Shown here: positions 1 through 13,499 of the stretch, in pieces
How the letters are laid out: every line of letters starts with the position of its first letter
How positions within the stretch are numbered: the stretch's first letter is position 1
Origin: Hydrolagus colliei
Taxonomy: Eukaryota
NCBI GenBank assembly: GCA_035084275.1
Contig: CM068748.1
Location: 9,052,001-9,116,000, forward strand
DNA: 64,000 nucleotides
Direction: 5' to 3'
Program-made: the position numbers and the translations under genes
Notes under the pieces: generated by a model
Database searches by the model: none
Seen by the model: only the letters and a program-made list of their open reading frames with translations
Told to the model about the DNA's origin: nothing

Positions 1-141
1 ATATCTAGAATCACAAGCAGTATTTTTTTCTAAACTATAGTAAGGATTACAATAATCCTTATATTTATCACAGCACCTTAACAAAAGGAAGAATTTCAAA
101 ACATATCAAGAGAATATACTGCAAAATTTAATGATTGTTTA

Positions 142-369
<228 letters not shown>

Positions 370-839
370 TTAAATGAAAGATACAACAGTTTTACCAACG
401 TCACTTTTATATGCCATGACTGAAAAACCGGTCAACAGTGCACATGAGGACAGCAAATGAGTGCCAAGCCTGAAAATTGTAGATGAGTTAGCCAAAAACC
501 TGTCATGGAAAAAATGTGGAAAGCATTATTTACTGGAAGAATGGAGACCAGATTTGAATAGTGAAGTGAGAGGATGAACGAATGTTCTGGAGGTTTCAGT
601 TGATTTCCCTTTACAGGAACTTTACAGAGCAAACTGAATGTGTTTCACAAGGTTTGCAAAGAAACTGTTCTTTCACTAGGGTGCTAATTTATTTTTTCTC
701 CATCGCAAAATAAAATGCTGCCTATGTTGTAAGCCCTAGTAAAAATATAATTTTAATACTCACCACAGACTTACAAATACCATTGACTCATCTTTGTACA
801 GAACAATGCAGCAATTTTTCTATTCCTGTCTAATTATTA

Positions 840-1062
840 TTGTTTTTTTTAGCAATTTACAGGGAAAGTGTGGCAGCCAATGATGAATCGGAGAATGCAA
901 CTAAAAATCCAGCCTGCTATTTAAATGAGACAAGTGGGGGAAAATTGGTCGAACATCTCATTCAAAAGACGGCACCTTTGACAATGCAACACATCCCAGC
1001 ACTGCATTGGAGTGTCAGTTTGTACTGTGAGTTCTAACACAGGACGTGAACCTACAACCTAA
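840..1062 (-). mobile_element. Decayed Deu-domain SINE, 5' part
   Basis: Reverse complement contains gtgttgcattgtcaaaggtgccgtcttttgaatgagatg, resembling the Deu domain of AmnSINE1/SacSINE1 (recalled consensus). Confidence 0.6.
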
Positions 1063-1185
1063 TGTATCTCAACCCAGAGGAAATATTTCTGAACCACTTC
1101 AAGTAAATAAGGTCTAAAGTTCTATAACTCTATATCAACATGTTCTTTAAATATTTGATAAAAACAATAAAACAACATGAATTTA

Positions 1186-1449
<264 letters not shown>

Positions 1450-1879
1450 TTAAGGGGATATTTAGGAACTTATAAGCAAACAGCAAACATTTCTAAAACA
1501 GATATCAAGCTTTAACTGACAAATATATTGAAAATAAGGTTAGAAAACCATCTATTGAACCAGGGTAGATTTTTCTAAACTGGATTCCAAGGTAATATCT
1601 TTTGCTTAAATATTCTAAAAGCCAAATATTACATGTTTATATACACACACTCAATATCGCACTTACCAAGCAGAAAGTTAATTCAAAACTTGATGTGAAA
1701 TGGAAGTTATAAAGCATTACACCAAGTTAACAAATCATGACTGGTTATCGTATTGCTATTGAGCACATATTATACATATGTATCTAACTTCTTATAGTCA
1801 TGGCAGAAAATACTGGGGAGGCAATTCTTGTTATGGCAACCAAAGTTTGTCAGATATTTAACTATTATTTTAATACAAA

Positions 1880-2065
1880 ATATAGTCAATTCACTTTACA
1901 GTAAATTCTGTGAAGTGCTTTGAGATATGCAAATGCTAGCATTATTGTTATCATTAGACATTTATGTAAGGAAATGATGATCATTCACTCAAAAAAACCC
2001 TTTAAATAACCACTTGCATTTATATAGCGCCCTTTTTGTAGGACAGTGTCACAGGATGCATCAGT
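1880..2065. repeat. Short SINE 3' tail (+, ~1880-1950) and L2-type tail (-, ~2010-2065)
   Basis: cactttacagtaaattctgtgaagtgctttgaga, and cttgcatttatatagcgcc on the opposite strand. Confidence 0.6.
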
Positions 2066-2184
2066 ACACCAATCATGGAAGTTCTTTAAAGAAAGCACAA
2101 GTGAAAATTGTTCTCTCTCACCTGCCCAGACTCGGTCAGATCTCATCTACTCCTTTCTGCTTTCAAAACTCCACTAAATATTAC

Positions 2185-4337
2185 TCTTTACCTCCAAAAC
2201 CGTCTCCCATTCCCGATCATCACCGTGGTACACATCTCACCTCCGCTCCCTCAAAAGCCAAGTGAGAGCAGTTGAACGCACCTGGCTCAAATCTGGCCTC
2301 ACGGTCCACCGGCAAATCTGGCTGGACCGCATCAAAAATTACCGCTCCGCCCTAGCCACCGCCAAATCAGCCTTCTACTCCAGGATAATCCTGGAAGCGA
2401 AGGACAACCACCGCCTCCTCTTCGCCACCACCAACCAGCTCCTCCGCCCCCCCCGCCTCACCTCGCAGATCCTCTCCTCAAATGTTCGTTGCGAGGAGAT
2501 GCTGGATTTCCTCGAATCGAAAATCGAGAAAATCCGCTCTGCGGTTTCCTCCCCTCACCTCTCCTCCACCTCAGCGCCCTCATCAGTTACCTCAACCCCT
2601 ACTCACCCCCCATTTCACACTTTCAACCCCACCACCCCGCTTTCAATCACAAAAACAATCACCTCCATGAAACCCACCACGTGCTCATTGGACCCCATCC
2701 CCACCCCCCTCCTCCGCACCCAGCTCCATTTGTTAGCCCCACTCATTTCTGACACCATTAACCTTTCCATCTCCTCAGGAACCGTCCCTACCTCCCTTAA
2801 AACAGCCACCATCACCCCTATCCTGAAGAAACCCTCCCTTGATGCGTCGCAACCATCAAGTTATAGACCCATCTCCAACCTCCCGTTTCTATCCAAGGTC
2901 CTTGAAAGAGTGGTTGCCTCCCAGCTCCACTCTTTCCTTTCAACTCATTCACTTTTTGAACCCCTCCAATCAGGTTTCCGCCCTATCCACAGCACAGAAA
3001 CTGCCCTGGTCAAGGTCACAAATGACATCCAAACCGCCTGTGACCAGGGCTCCCTCTGCCTCCTCGTCCTCCTTGACCTGTCTGCTGCGTTCGACACAGT
3101 CGATCACACCATCCTCCTTCAACGTCTTTCCTCCCACCTCAACCTTCAAGGCACAGTCCTTGACTGGTTCCACTCTTATTTGACCCATCGTTTACATTTT
3201 GTTTCTTCCAATGGCTTTTCATCAAACCCCCGCACAGTTTCCCACAGCGTCCCTCAGGGCTCTGTCCTTGGTCCCCTTCTTTTCACCCTTTACACGCTCC
3301 CTCTGGGCGACGTCATCCGCAAACATGGGGTAAATTTCCACATGTATGCGGATGACACCCAGTTGTACCTTTCTGCCTCATCCCTCAATCCCCAGACGAT
3401 CGATGTTCTGACAGCATGTCTGTCCGACATCGAATCGTGGACGAGGGACAACTTTTTGCAATTGAACGTGAGTAAGACCGAGGCCCTCCTGATTGGCTCA
3501 AGCCAGCGCCTCTGCACATCAGGCGCTGCCAGCCTCAACATCCAAGGCTGCACTCTCCACCTCACAAAGCCAATCAGGAACCTCGGCATCATGTTCGATC
3601 AAAAACTTTCCTTCGTCCCCCACATCCGCGCCTTGACCGGCACCGCCTATTTCCACCTGCGCAACATTGCCAGGCTCCGCAACTATCTTACCCCCCGCGC
3701 TGCCGAAACACTCGTGCACGCGTACATCACCTCACGGCTGGACTACGGAAACTCTCTTCTAGTCGGCCTCCCCAGTTCCTCCATTCATAGGCTGCAGGCC
3801 ATCCAAAACTCTGCAGCCCGTGTACTATCCCGCACCCGCCTCCGTGACCACATAACCCCCACCCTCGCCCTTCTCCACTGGCTCGCCATCCTCCAGAGGA
3901 TCGAATTTAAGATCCTCGTCCTCACCTACAAGGCCTTACACGGCCTTGCCCCATCCTACCTAGCCGATCTACTCTCCCCCTACACACCCACCCGGGCCCT
4001 CCGTTCAACAGGACTTGGCCTACTCCAAGCCCCCCGCCCGAACCGCCCCACCATCGGAGGACGGGCCTTCAGTTTCTCCGCTCCCACCCTATGGAATGCC
4101 ATCCCTCAATCCCTCCGTTTCACCTCTTCCCTTTCCTCTTTCAAGGCCGATTTGAAGACTTTCATCTTCGATCGTGCCTTTTGTTTCACCCCGAACTCTT
4201 TTACCTCCTCTTCGTCTTTCACCCCTTCCCAAACACTCCCCTCCCAGCTCGGGTCACACGCCTCTTGTTTAGCGCCTTGGGACGTCCTCCCGACGTGAAA
4301 GGCGCTATATAAATGTAAATTGTTGTTGTTGTTGTTG
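2185..4337 (+). mobile_element. 5'-truncated L2-clade LINE, antisense in CCDC6 intron 4
   Basis: Open RT ORF, then a 3' stem-loop gcgcctt-acgtc/gacgt-aaggcgc (4272-4305), TATATAAATGTAAAT and a (TTG)n tail. No endonuclease domain and no clear TSD. Confidence 0.93.
2262..4298 (+). CDS. L2 ORF2 fragment (reverse transcriptase)
   Basis: 678 aa without a stop, carrying YRPISNLPFLSKVLER, QSGFRPIHSTETAL, LLDLSAAFDTVDH, VPQGSVLGPLLF, YADDTQLY and SRLDYGNSLL. The frame extends upstream to an SPWY motif at ~2220. Confidence 0.92.
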   Translation: MRAVERTWLKSGLTVHRQIWLDRIKNYRSALATAKSAFYSRIILEAKDNHRLLFATTNQLLRPPRLTSQILSSNVRCEEMLDFLESKIEKIRSAVSSPHLSSTSAPSSVTSTPTHPPFHTFNPTTPLSITKTITSMKPTTCSLDPIPTPLLRTQLHLLAPLISDTINLSISSGTVPTSLKTATITPILKKPSLDASQPSSYRPISNLPFLSKVLERVVASQLHSFLSTHSLFEPLQSGFRPIHSTETALVKVTNDIQTACDQGSLCLLVLLDLSAAFDTVDHTILLQRLSSHLNLQGTVLDWFHSYLTHRLHFVSSNGFSSNPRTVSHSVPQGSVLGPLLFTLYTLPLGDVIRKHGVNFHMYADDTQLYLSASSLNPQTIDVLTACLSDIESWTRDNFLQLNVSKTEALLIGSSQRLCTSGAASLNIQGCTLHLTKPIRNLGIMFDQKLSFVPHIRALTGTAYFHLRNIARLRNYLTPRAAETLVHAYITSRLDYGNSLLVGLPSSSIHRLQAIQNSAARVLSRTRLRDHITPTLALLHWLAILQRIEFKILVLTYKALHGLAPSYLADLLSPYTPTRALRSTGLGLLQAPRPNRPTIGGRAFSFSAPTLWNAIPQSLRFTSSLSSFKADLKTFIFDRAFCFTPNSFTSSSSFTPSQTLPSQLGSHASCLAPWDVLPT

Positions 4338-7300
4338 ACCTAATCTCTCCATGGAATTTTGTGCAGTTTCTAATAGAATTAAAAATGCATGATAATTCCC
4401 AAATCATTTCACTTTAACTTACAGTACAACCTATCAGATATTGGAGATTTGCCTTAAACCTGGATGGTGGGTGTTTTGCTGATGGACATCAATTAGAAAT
4501 ACAGAGGATCTCCCAAAATGATAACACAATAGGTGTCTTGCTGAACCCCATGGCCAGCAGAAACTTGGTTTTAGTTCAGTACAATTACTTACCTAATAAG
4601 AACATTTTCTATAGTTTCTTCATTGATTCGGTCTCAAATGCTTTACCATAACGAATTGAGTCTAGCTGGAGATATGACAGGAGTCAAATTAGTGGCAGAG
4701 CTGGGTAACAAGTGGATTACATAAGAGGCATTGAGTGAGCATGCCTATCAGAGGTAGCAAAGCAATTTAGAAAATTCACCTGGAGTTTTCTTCTCTCTCA
4801 GGTAGGTAACTAGTGGAGTAACAAATATACCAAGAAAAAGTACAAAGGTACTCATGCTCAGCTAGATGGAGGAGAGCGGAACTAACAGGTCAGTGAAGGG
4901 AGCTATAAATACCCTTACAAGGTAAGCAATGGCTCTCTTCTTACGTCTTCACGCTTCAATGATTCCTCTGTATACCATTCCTTTGTACAAGGGATGTACA
5001 AAACAGTACAAACTGAGGCAGTTAAAAACTCATCCACTGAGTGCAGCTGTGCCAAATATTTGCTGGAAGTAACTGTAGTTATCAATAGAAGGCTCCAGGT
5101 TGCCCGTGATCCTTGGTGATCTTCGCTAAATGAAAAGTAGCTCTGCTCAGATATGTAATCCATTTAACAAACCAAATCTTTCACTTTGTGGTTCAAAATC
5201 AACGCAACACAAGACCAGATCTTCAGTTGTGATATTGTTTCACTGCACACGCAAGATACCAGTCAGATATCAACCCCAAATTGAAAGATAATGCTAGTTA
5301 AAATTTGAAAGGAGAAAATACAATGGCTTCCACGAAAATGTCACAAGAGGGAAAAACATCTCGAAATTCACTCTGAGAAGGTTTGGCACTAGGTTTGGTA
5401 GAAAGATACACTAGAAATTCCATGACAGGATTATAGACTTCTTCATCACCACAATGATTCTGTTATGATTCATCCGGCGATCCAAATAAAATAACAAAAG
5501 AAGGGAAGTTCATCACATTTCAAAGACATTTACTACCACAGCTTTGAATGAAGAATGCTAGGAAAAATTTGTATTATGGGGTCAGAAAGCAGAAAAGGAA
5601 CTGTCTTGAAATGCAAAAGGTGTACATGGAATTTGAATAAGATGTATTTGGTGTTTAACACCCACTTGCTTAGTAGGTCAAAGTTAAATAAGACGACCCA
5701 CTGAAAATCAAGGATTCAGCAGACTGCTGATAACCTGCATAAATGAAACATCAACTATGTACCATGCAACAAATGATGCAGGCATTTGTTTAAGTTGTGA
5801 AGAATATACAGAATAGACAGAATGCAGAAAACATTCCATAATGTCTGGATTGGTACAAATAGACACCTTCTGTGCTGAAATACTTGATAATGTTCCTAAA
5901 TTGGCTATCTAGTTCAGAGCTTGAGAAGCAAACATTCCTCCTTCAAGAATTCAATCATATAAAGGAAAAGCGGCAACAAACACAAAATTCATTTTGTTAG
6001 AACAAACCCAGAACCTAGACTGACTATTAACTAGTCAATTCTATTTTCCAACTTCCTTTGAGCTCTCTACTGGGTGAACTGAGGTAACCTACGTCAGGAT
6101 ACTGACTGACCACAGCAGCAGCTGAACACCTTGAACATACAGAAGTGTCTAAAGAACGCAAACAAATTGTGCATTTGTAGATGGTTGTGCCCAACATATA
6201 GAGGCATGAAGGTATATCTACTTCAGTCAAAAAGAATAATCTCTTAAGGGGTACAGGGAGGCAGGATTTCTGATTGCAATATGTAAGTGGATCTTCCAGA
6301 TGTATATCTTGAGCACTCACCATTTCCACCCCAAAGACGAGAACATAAGTACCAACATACATAGAGTGATTTAGTGGAAGATAAATTAACCACATGTGTC
6401 TCTCAGCTCTCAACTTGGCCCATGTTAAATATAAATCTTATCCAATTCACAAAACAAAAAACATCTAAAACTATGAACTATGTTCGGTAAGTTGAATTAG
6501 ATTCTAGTGCTTCATAATTAGTCCATTTTAATAAGCGTTAAACATTGCTTGGTTCTACAGTGCAAATCTGATTATCCATTGTTGTTGGAAGGAACAGTCC
6601 CCTACATGATAGTGAATTTTCATGCTTCCTACTTGTTCTGTGGACCAGAAATAAAATTCCATTCTCTTGTGTGAAATCAAACTTCGAGTCTATTGGCATC
6701 GAAATACTTACGTCTTATTGCAAAAATCTTTTTTCATCTGAGATGTTGAATTCTCTTTCAAAAGACTACTCATAGACGTGGAAGCAACTTTCTAGTAAAA
6801 ATATTCAGGTTGAACATACCCATTTCTTGGGTCTATCAAATCAACATACTGAAAGCAGAAGAGTGGAGAATTTTAATGAAGAGCTGCGAAAACTGCAATT
6901 TGTCTTCTGGGTAAACGTGGATTAGGAGCATTTATTAAAACAAAAACAGAAGTTGTATCAGTAGTTGGCAAAATAAGTCAATCAATCTACTAGTTTAAAT
7001 TGTATGACATTGCAAGGTGAAAGGTAGTTGTACAGCAATAAAATTGCCCTCTTCAAAGCTATCAATGAAATTCAGTCTGACTGGCCCAGGGCTGCTCAAC
7101 TGCTTTGATCTTCTAGTGGCCGGTGATTCTTTTGATTAAACTATTCTCATTCAAATCCATCTTCAAGGCAAAATGGTTCCGTTACTACCTGTCCCGTCAT
7201 CACTACATCTCCAATCGATCCCTGTCCATTGCTTGAAGTTATTGCTGGTGTATCCAGAGCTCTTAAATCTTTATCCTCTTCTATTGACAACCTATATGCT

Positions 7301-7522
7301 TCAACATAATTCATAACTAAATCTGAGTTTCAATATGTATGTGGATTGATCCCAACTCTACTTCTCTGCTACAATACTCAATTATGATATTGAATACTGC
7401 AGAGTACTTGGTAAGCCACATTTTTTTGTAACTGAATATCAATAAGATTGAAACCAAACTTTTGGGAGCTTACCCGCTGCACCACAACTAGAAAAGGCTC
7501 CACAAACCCTGATTGTGTGTCA

Positions 7523-8005
7523 TCCTGGATCAATGGTAGCACTATCACCTTGTAGTCAGAGGTTTGTGGTTGAAGACACATTGTCTAGGATGCTAGGTTT
7601 TCTGTTGAAATGTCAAAGGTGTTATATTTCGGCTGAGATATTAAACTGAAGTCCCGTCTGCCTGTTCAGGTGGGAGTTAAAGATCTCAGTGGGACTATTC
7701 AAAAAGGGAACAGAGTTTCTCCCAGTGTCCTAGCTAACAATCCTCCAAAACAAAATCTATCACTTGCTTCACAGTTGTATGCAAAAAATCAAAACTGTTT
7801 TGCGGCATATTCTGTGAAGCATATTCTGTGAAGTGCTTTGAGGCATCTCAATAACGTAATAAGGCTGTTTCTGGGATACTGCTGCGTGCAACTGGCTGCC
7901 ATGTTTCACCCATAAAATCCACTTAATAATACATCCTGAGAATTGCTTTGAGATGTCTTAACAATGTGATAAGGCGCTATATAAAATGCAAGGATTATTA
8001 TAATA
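7523..8005 (+). mobile_element. Deu-domain SINE with a duplicated L2-like 3' tail
   Basis: tRNA-like head, Deu core gtcccgtctgcctgttcaggtgggagttaaagatc, and two successive tails, the last ending aaggcgctatataaaatgcaaggattatta. Confidence 0.75.
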
Positions 8006-8912
8006 ATTTTTACTTGGCTTCAACAAACACATTTCCCTTCCTTTGGGTTAAAAAAATGTGATGGGATATATTGACCTTCTTTTTAACTCTGTACTCTATT
8101 ACCTTTACAGCTCAAGACCTCCAAGTTACCTCATGGGACTGTACAATCAACCTGAACACAAGATCCTTAGACTACTAAAAAGAACATTAATTTTCCTTTT
8201 CAAAACTGAAATTGATTTCATACATTAAATACTGAGGAAAATTTACTACTTTTATAACAAATTCAAACATTGAAACACGTCTGAAACATGTCACCCTCTC
8301 CTTTAGAGTTCTACAATAACATATATGTTACATACATGTGCAACACCCGCATCTGGAATAGAATATACTCTCTTCCTGGAGGGACACACCAGCCTTACCT
8401 CATACCAGAGTAGTGTAGCTTGATAAGAACCATGGCTATGGGTATCTCAGTGTGCCATGGTTATTGCAAGAGTTCAACCTGTTAAAATCGCACCATTGAG
8501 AGGATTGCCTTTCAAGCTCTCTCGCTGCTTGTCTATCTAAGACCACTATCTCTGTTAAGAATTTGGGCTTTCAGGATTAATAGGAACCAAGTGGGAAGAA
8601 TCCTTGTGATTATCCCTCCAAGTCTTGTCTACAAGCTAGGCTGGCTGGCCTGTCGTCACCAATGGCTTGGCTGACCTCGCTGCTAAGACAGCACCCAGGA
8701 AATGCTGCTTATCTTTCACTTGTCTCAGGAAAATAGGCTTTTTAATGAAAAAAAGTTCAAATATGCAGCTTTATTTCTTTCAAAGCATTATATGTTTTTC
8801 AGTAGCTGGAAACCGGTGAAATATTCTGATCTAAGACATTCCAATTGTATACTTTTTTTTAAGTTTGTTGATTATTCATGATAAAAAGTACAAAAATGGG
8901 CCAGGACACTTA

Positions 8913-9017
<105 letters not shown>

Positions 9018-9185
9018 CTACAACAAAAGTCCTAATTAGATAAATCAAACCTTCTCCATTATTAAAAAAAACATTTATCAGTTACAATAAACATTTTTTG
9101 TACACGGACACATTACAACCAGCAACAGTTCCATTATTAGATCCAGTTTCAAAAGAAAGATTATGGATGGTGAAAATTGGTTATA

Positions 9186-9503
9186 CAGTAAAAGGCAGTT
9201 TATCCATGACCCGATCAACCGGATTGCTCGACCCCCTCCTGGGGCAATTCCCCATTCCAGCAATTGCGAGTACACTCACTTTGCGCATGCGCATGCTGTT
9301 TTACCGATCTTTTTACTGAGTTGCTGGAATCTTTATTGGTAAGTATCCATACAATATTCTGTTACTATTTAGTATATTATGAATATGGTATGTTTTAAAA
9401 TGTTAATTTTTTGTGTTGGGTTTTCGGTAACTTGCCGTCCGATTATCCGGCACAGACAATTAGCCGACCCCCCGGAGCGTACCGGATAAACAGGCTTTTA
9501 CTG
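9186..9503. mobile_element. Tigger/pogo-like (Tc1/mariner) MITE, 318 bp
   Basis: TA on both sides. TIRs CAGTAAAAGGCAGTTTATCC and CAGTAAAAGCCTGTTTATCC match at 18/20. No ORF. Confidence 0.85.
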
Positions 9504-10310
9504 TACCTATAAACGGATTCTGATACATGCACAAAGGTGATATTCAGTTAACGCTACATGTTTTAATTTCAAAATTCACTGCCAGAAGTACATTGATTAG
9601 AGAATGCTTTTAAAAACAATTGCTGAAAATATTGTATACTGACATACTTGAACAAGTAAGATATTTCAACCCAATTTCACAAGGTAATTGAACCACATCT
9701 TCCACAAATCATTGGAAGCCTAATTTAGTGCAATTATGCATAATTGTGGAAAGATCAAATTTTGACTTACTGTAAAAATGCAATAGACACTACATTATTA
9801 AGTCTACACCTGTTCATAAATATATGTCTTAAGATGATCTTAGATCTTCTCAATAGGTGACCCATTATCATTATTGAGATATTTGAGATAAAAATAGATT
9901 GCAAGGTATATTCTGGAAGAAATTGCAGTCATAGATATCATAGTCAATCAGAGGAAATGATATACAGATGGATGGTTCTGTTCGCCTTATAGTTTTTCTG
10001 TGCCTTGAGGTCACTGCAAAATCATCCATCTTTGAATATCTTCTGTACAATGCAATATTACAAGCTGTAACTTTTTACAGCTAAGAATGCTGGTCAGAAC
10101 ACTTGGTAGAAACAGATAATTTGTTTCGAAAACTGCTAAACGTTCAAACAAAACTTGAAAAATTACTTTTGAACTACAGGTACATTGCATTAATACCCCT
10201 ACAAAAACATGCATGTTTCCAATGTTTCATTTTAAAATGTCTAAAAAACAATTAAAGATTGCTTAAAGCAGCAAAGTAAAAATAAGTTCATAATGCAGAT
10301 GCAGAGCTTA

Positions 10311-10472
<162 letters not shown>

Positions 10473-11598
10473 CTAAAATAGAAATGATGAAAGATGGAAA
10501 TTAACTACAAATGATTTGGCATGTTCAAAAACATCTTTTCAGTAGGCATTTCTGTAGTTATATATAGAATAAATTTTCAATAAAATATTTTCCTTTAAGA
10601 GTTATTGACTATGAGACACTGGCAATAAACACAATTATACTTTCGAATCAAACACTGTCAGCTTGGTACAATGTAGTTTAGTACCAGGTGCAGTTTAATA
10701 CTCCCTTAGAAATTCACCCCTCAATGCAATTTGTGTTATGCCAATAAAATTCCCTTGCACAATATATCTATAGAATCTAAATGAAATTGTCCAATGATTG
10801 AAATTATGAACAGCTGTACTGAAAATCAGATTAATACAAAAACAAATTTTCACTAAAGACTAAATCATTAAATATCAGGGAGTCTCGCAGTTAAAGCCAC
10901 TTGTGCAAACTACCTTTAAACACAGGTCAAATTGAAGAATCGTGTTTTAACCCACTATTCCAGGCTTAATTTTACTTACAAATAATCACAAATAATTTAG
11001 CTACATTAGCTTTTAAAGAGGATACACATTGTTTCTACTCTTGACAATAAAAAAATGTAAAGCCAAAGTCAAAATTTATCTCTGCTGAGTAACCTATTCC
11101 ACCCCACTCGTCTACATTCCGCTTTGCTCAGCTGGATCTAGCCTCCTGTAAGTCCTTCATTCCCTCTGCTCCATCAGCTGTCTTGCTTTCGGTCACTAAG
11201 CCCTGATCATATGGATACCTTCTCCCTCTTCCAGCTCCTTCTCCCTCTTCAAGTTTCCCAGCCTCTTTCTTTAACTCACTGAATTAGTGTGCGAACTTAC
11301 CATCTGTTTGATCTTCAGCAGCTTTTCTAATTTACTTTTTATTTAGATTTTTGATAGTGATAGATAAAGACAAAATCAGGCAGATGATGAAGTTACTAAT
11401 CAAGTTTGGCAGAAACTCAAAATGAATTTTAGATAGGTATGGATGGTTTCAGACATACGTGCCACACATAAAAAGGAAGTTACAATTGCAAAAGCAATCT
11501 AGTATAGCGTTTGAACTGTTTCAGCATTTCAATACATCTGATGATTTGAGGTTTGTGATATTCAAACTAGTGCAGTTTAAACCACTGATCGAGCCTAC

Positions 11599-11748
11599 CT
11601 GCATCAGTTTGCGGGAAAGTTCATTAGTCAGAAATTCTTCTTCTTTTTCATAATTTACAGCTAGTGTTTCTTTTTCTTTCTGTAAAGCTTGAATCTTCTT
11701 AAACAAGGTATTGCTGATAAACTCCTCCTCCTGTTCAGCCCTTGCTTG
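11599..11748 (-). CDS. CCDC6: CCDC6 exon 2
   Basis: 150 bp, tcacag acceptor and gtaggc donor. Encodes [50 protein letters not shown]. Confidence 0.95.
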
Positions 11749-12414
11749 CTGTGAAAAAGATCGGTTCAGTAAATGTGCAAGATCACATCAAATTAATAAT
11801 TTGAGGAAACTTCAATACCAGATATTGATTGGCCAGTCAAAAGAGCAGAACGAGCCTCTACAAACAGTCAAGTATGTTGCAGCAAGAATGAAATTTAAAT
11901 GAGATGCAGATTCTCAAATGTAAAGGCCTGATAAATATGAAAAAATAACTAATCAGTTTAAAAATAGTATCAAAGTACATACATTGACAATATATATCCC
12001 ATCTGCATCTATGCCACATATAGGTTCTGCTATTCTTCAGTAAACAATTTGCAGTGATACAAAGTATTTGAATTAGAACCATATTGTTACTTTTCATTTA
12101 ACATAATTTTATTTCTGCATCATCTAATAACTGTACAACACTGATTATTTATTGAACTCTGAAAACTAGAATGTCTGTACATCATTATTCATGTTTCCAG
12201 GTGCTGACAACATTTTTTTTGTGATCTTTGATAACAAAAATGTTTGTAAACTTGTCTGGATGTGCAGAGACGTATTGAAGAGATATTTGTGTAGTTCAAA
12301 ACAACATTGAATTAAAAGTATTTAACTATGAGAATTCTCCCTTGATTTGGAGAAAATTGAAAACCTAAACAATACTGCTGAGTTTCAGTATTAAAACCAG
12401 AACCCATCAAGTAT

Positions 12415-12461
12415 AATCAATCAATCAAACAATCAATCAATCAAGCAAGCAATCAATCAAT
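12415..12461 (+). repeat. (TCAA)n imperfect microsatellite
   Basis: aatcaatcaatcaaacaatcaatcaatcaagcaagcaatcaatcaat. Confidence 0.9.
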
Positions 12462-12957
12462 GTGGCAATCATTGGTGTTGCCCATATCTGCTGTTGGCAA
12501 AATTATAAATTATATACAGGTACTTAGATTCCGTAATGACTAAGGATGAAGAGTTCTGGAATAGGGGAGTTCCATTAGTGACTGTGACAATTTAATTCAC
12601 AATTACAATCATAAAGAAAAAAAACTATAAATCAACACAAGGTATGATTAGAAGAGAACAAATATAAAACACAAACAGACCAAGAAAAGGGGAGCATCCA
12701 TTAAATGCAACAGTAGCACAATGCTGATCAGTAAAGCAACTTGACGTATGGTGGTAACTCAGTAAAACTGTCAAGTGTTTGGTGGTCATAAATAATGCAA
12801 TTTAAGTTGATTCATTAAAAAGAAGGAACATAAGTACAATTTTATTTTCCGTGGGGGGGGGGGGGAGGGGGTTGTCAGATTCCCCATATGGAATCCTTTT
12901 CGTAGCTTTGCTACCTGCTGGCTCAGCTGATAGCAACCTTGCTTTGCTTTGCACTTA

Positions 12958-13345
12958 AGTCTGGCTCAGTTGGTTAACACTTCTGAGTCAGATGGTTGTG
13001 GATTGAAAGCTCCAAGTCGGGACGAACACTTCACTAGTTACTGCATTTGTTGGAGGCACCTCCAACAAATGCAGTCGACACTGCAGTCGACACTGAAATC
13101 CCCTCTGTTCACATGGACGTCAAAAGATCCCATGGCCCTACCCTGATCGAAAAGGGGAAGGGAACAGATCTCCTGATGTCCTGGTCATTCACGATCACTG
13201 ACTTTGCGATGGCCATATGTGAAGGTGGGGTTGGGGGCATGGCATGGCTGCACTCACATTGCCTGCCTTGTTCACCTGCCAATGACACAGTCATTGGCAG
13301 GTGAACAAGGCACTTTACAGTAATACCTGTGAAGAAGAGCTTTAA
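12958..13345 (+). mobile_element. Deu-domain SINE in CCDC6 intron 1, carrying two perfect hairpins
   Basis: Head ctggctcagttgg, Deu core tggacgtcaaaagatcccatggc, and tail remnant cactttacagtaatacctgtgaag. Confidence 0.7.
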
Positions 13346-13499
13346 AGTGTGTGTGGTTGTGTTTGGGGAGGAGGTAAAGAGCAGGCAGACCCTGTAAGGG
13401 GAGGATGTGGGGGGGCAGGTTGAGGGCAGGCCTTGACGGGGTGGGGAGGGGTGTTGAGAGCAGGCCTGGGGGAAGGGGAAGCCTGGCCTGGAGAGACTC

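Noticed and set aside
2262-4298. Novel or domesticated reverse transcriptase gene (retron-like or host RT)
   Set aside because: Ordinary L2 ORF2 motifs, 5' truncation without a real ATG, an L2 tail, and multiple related fragments in the window.
4400-7000. Additional gene or exons in CCDC6 intron 4
   Set aside because: Only short non-homologous ORFs. It looks like highly decayed LINE (CR1-like) debris that I cannot delimit reliably.
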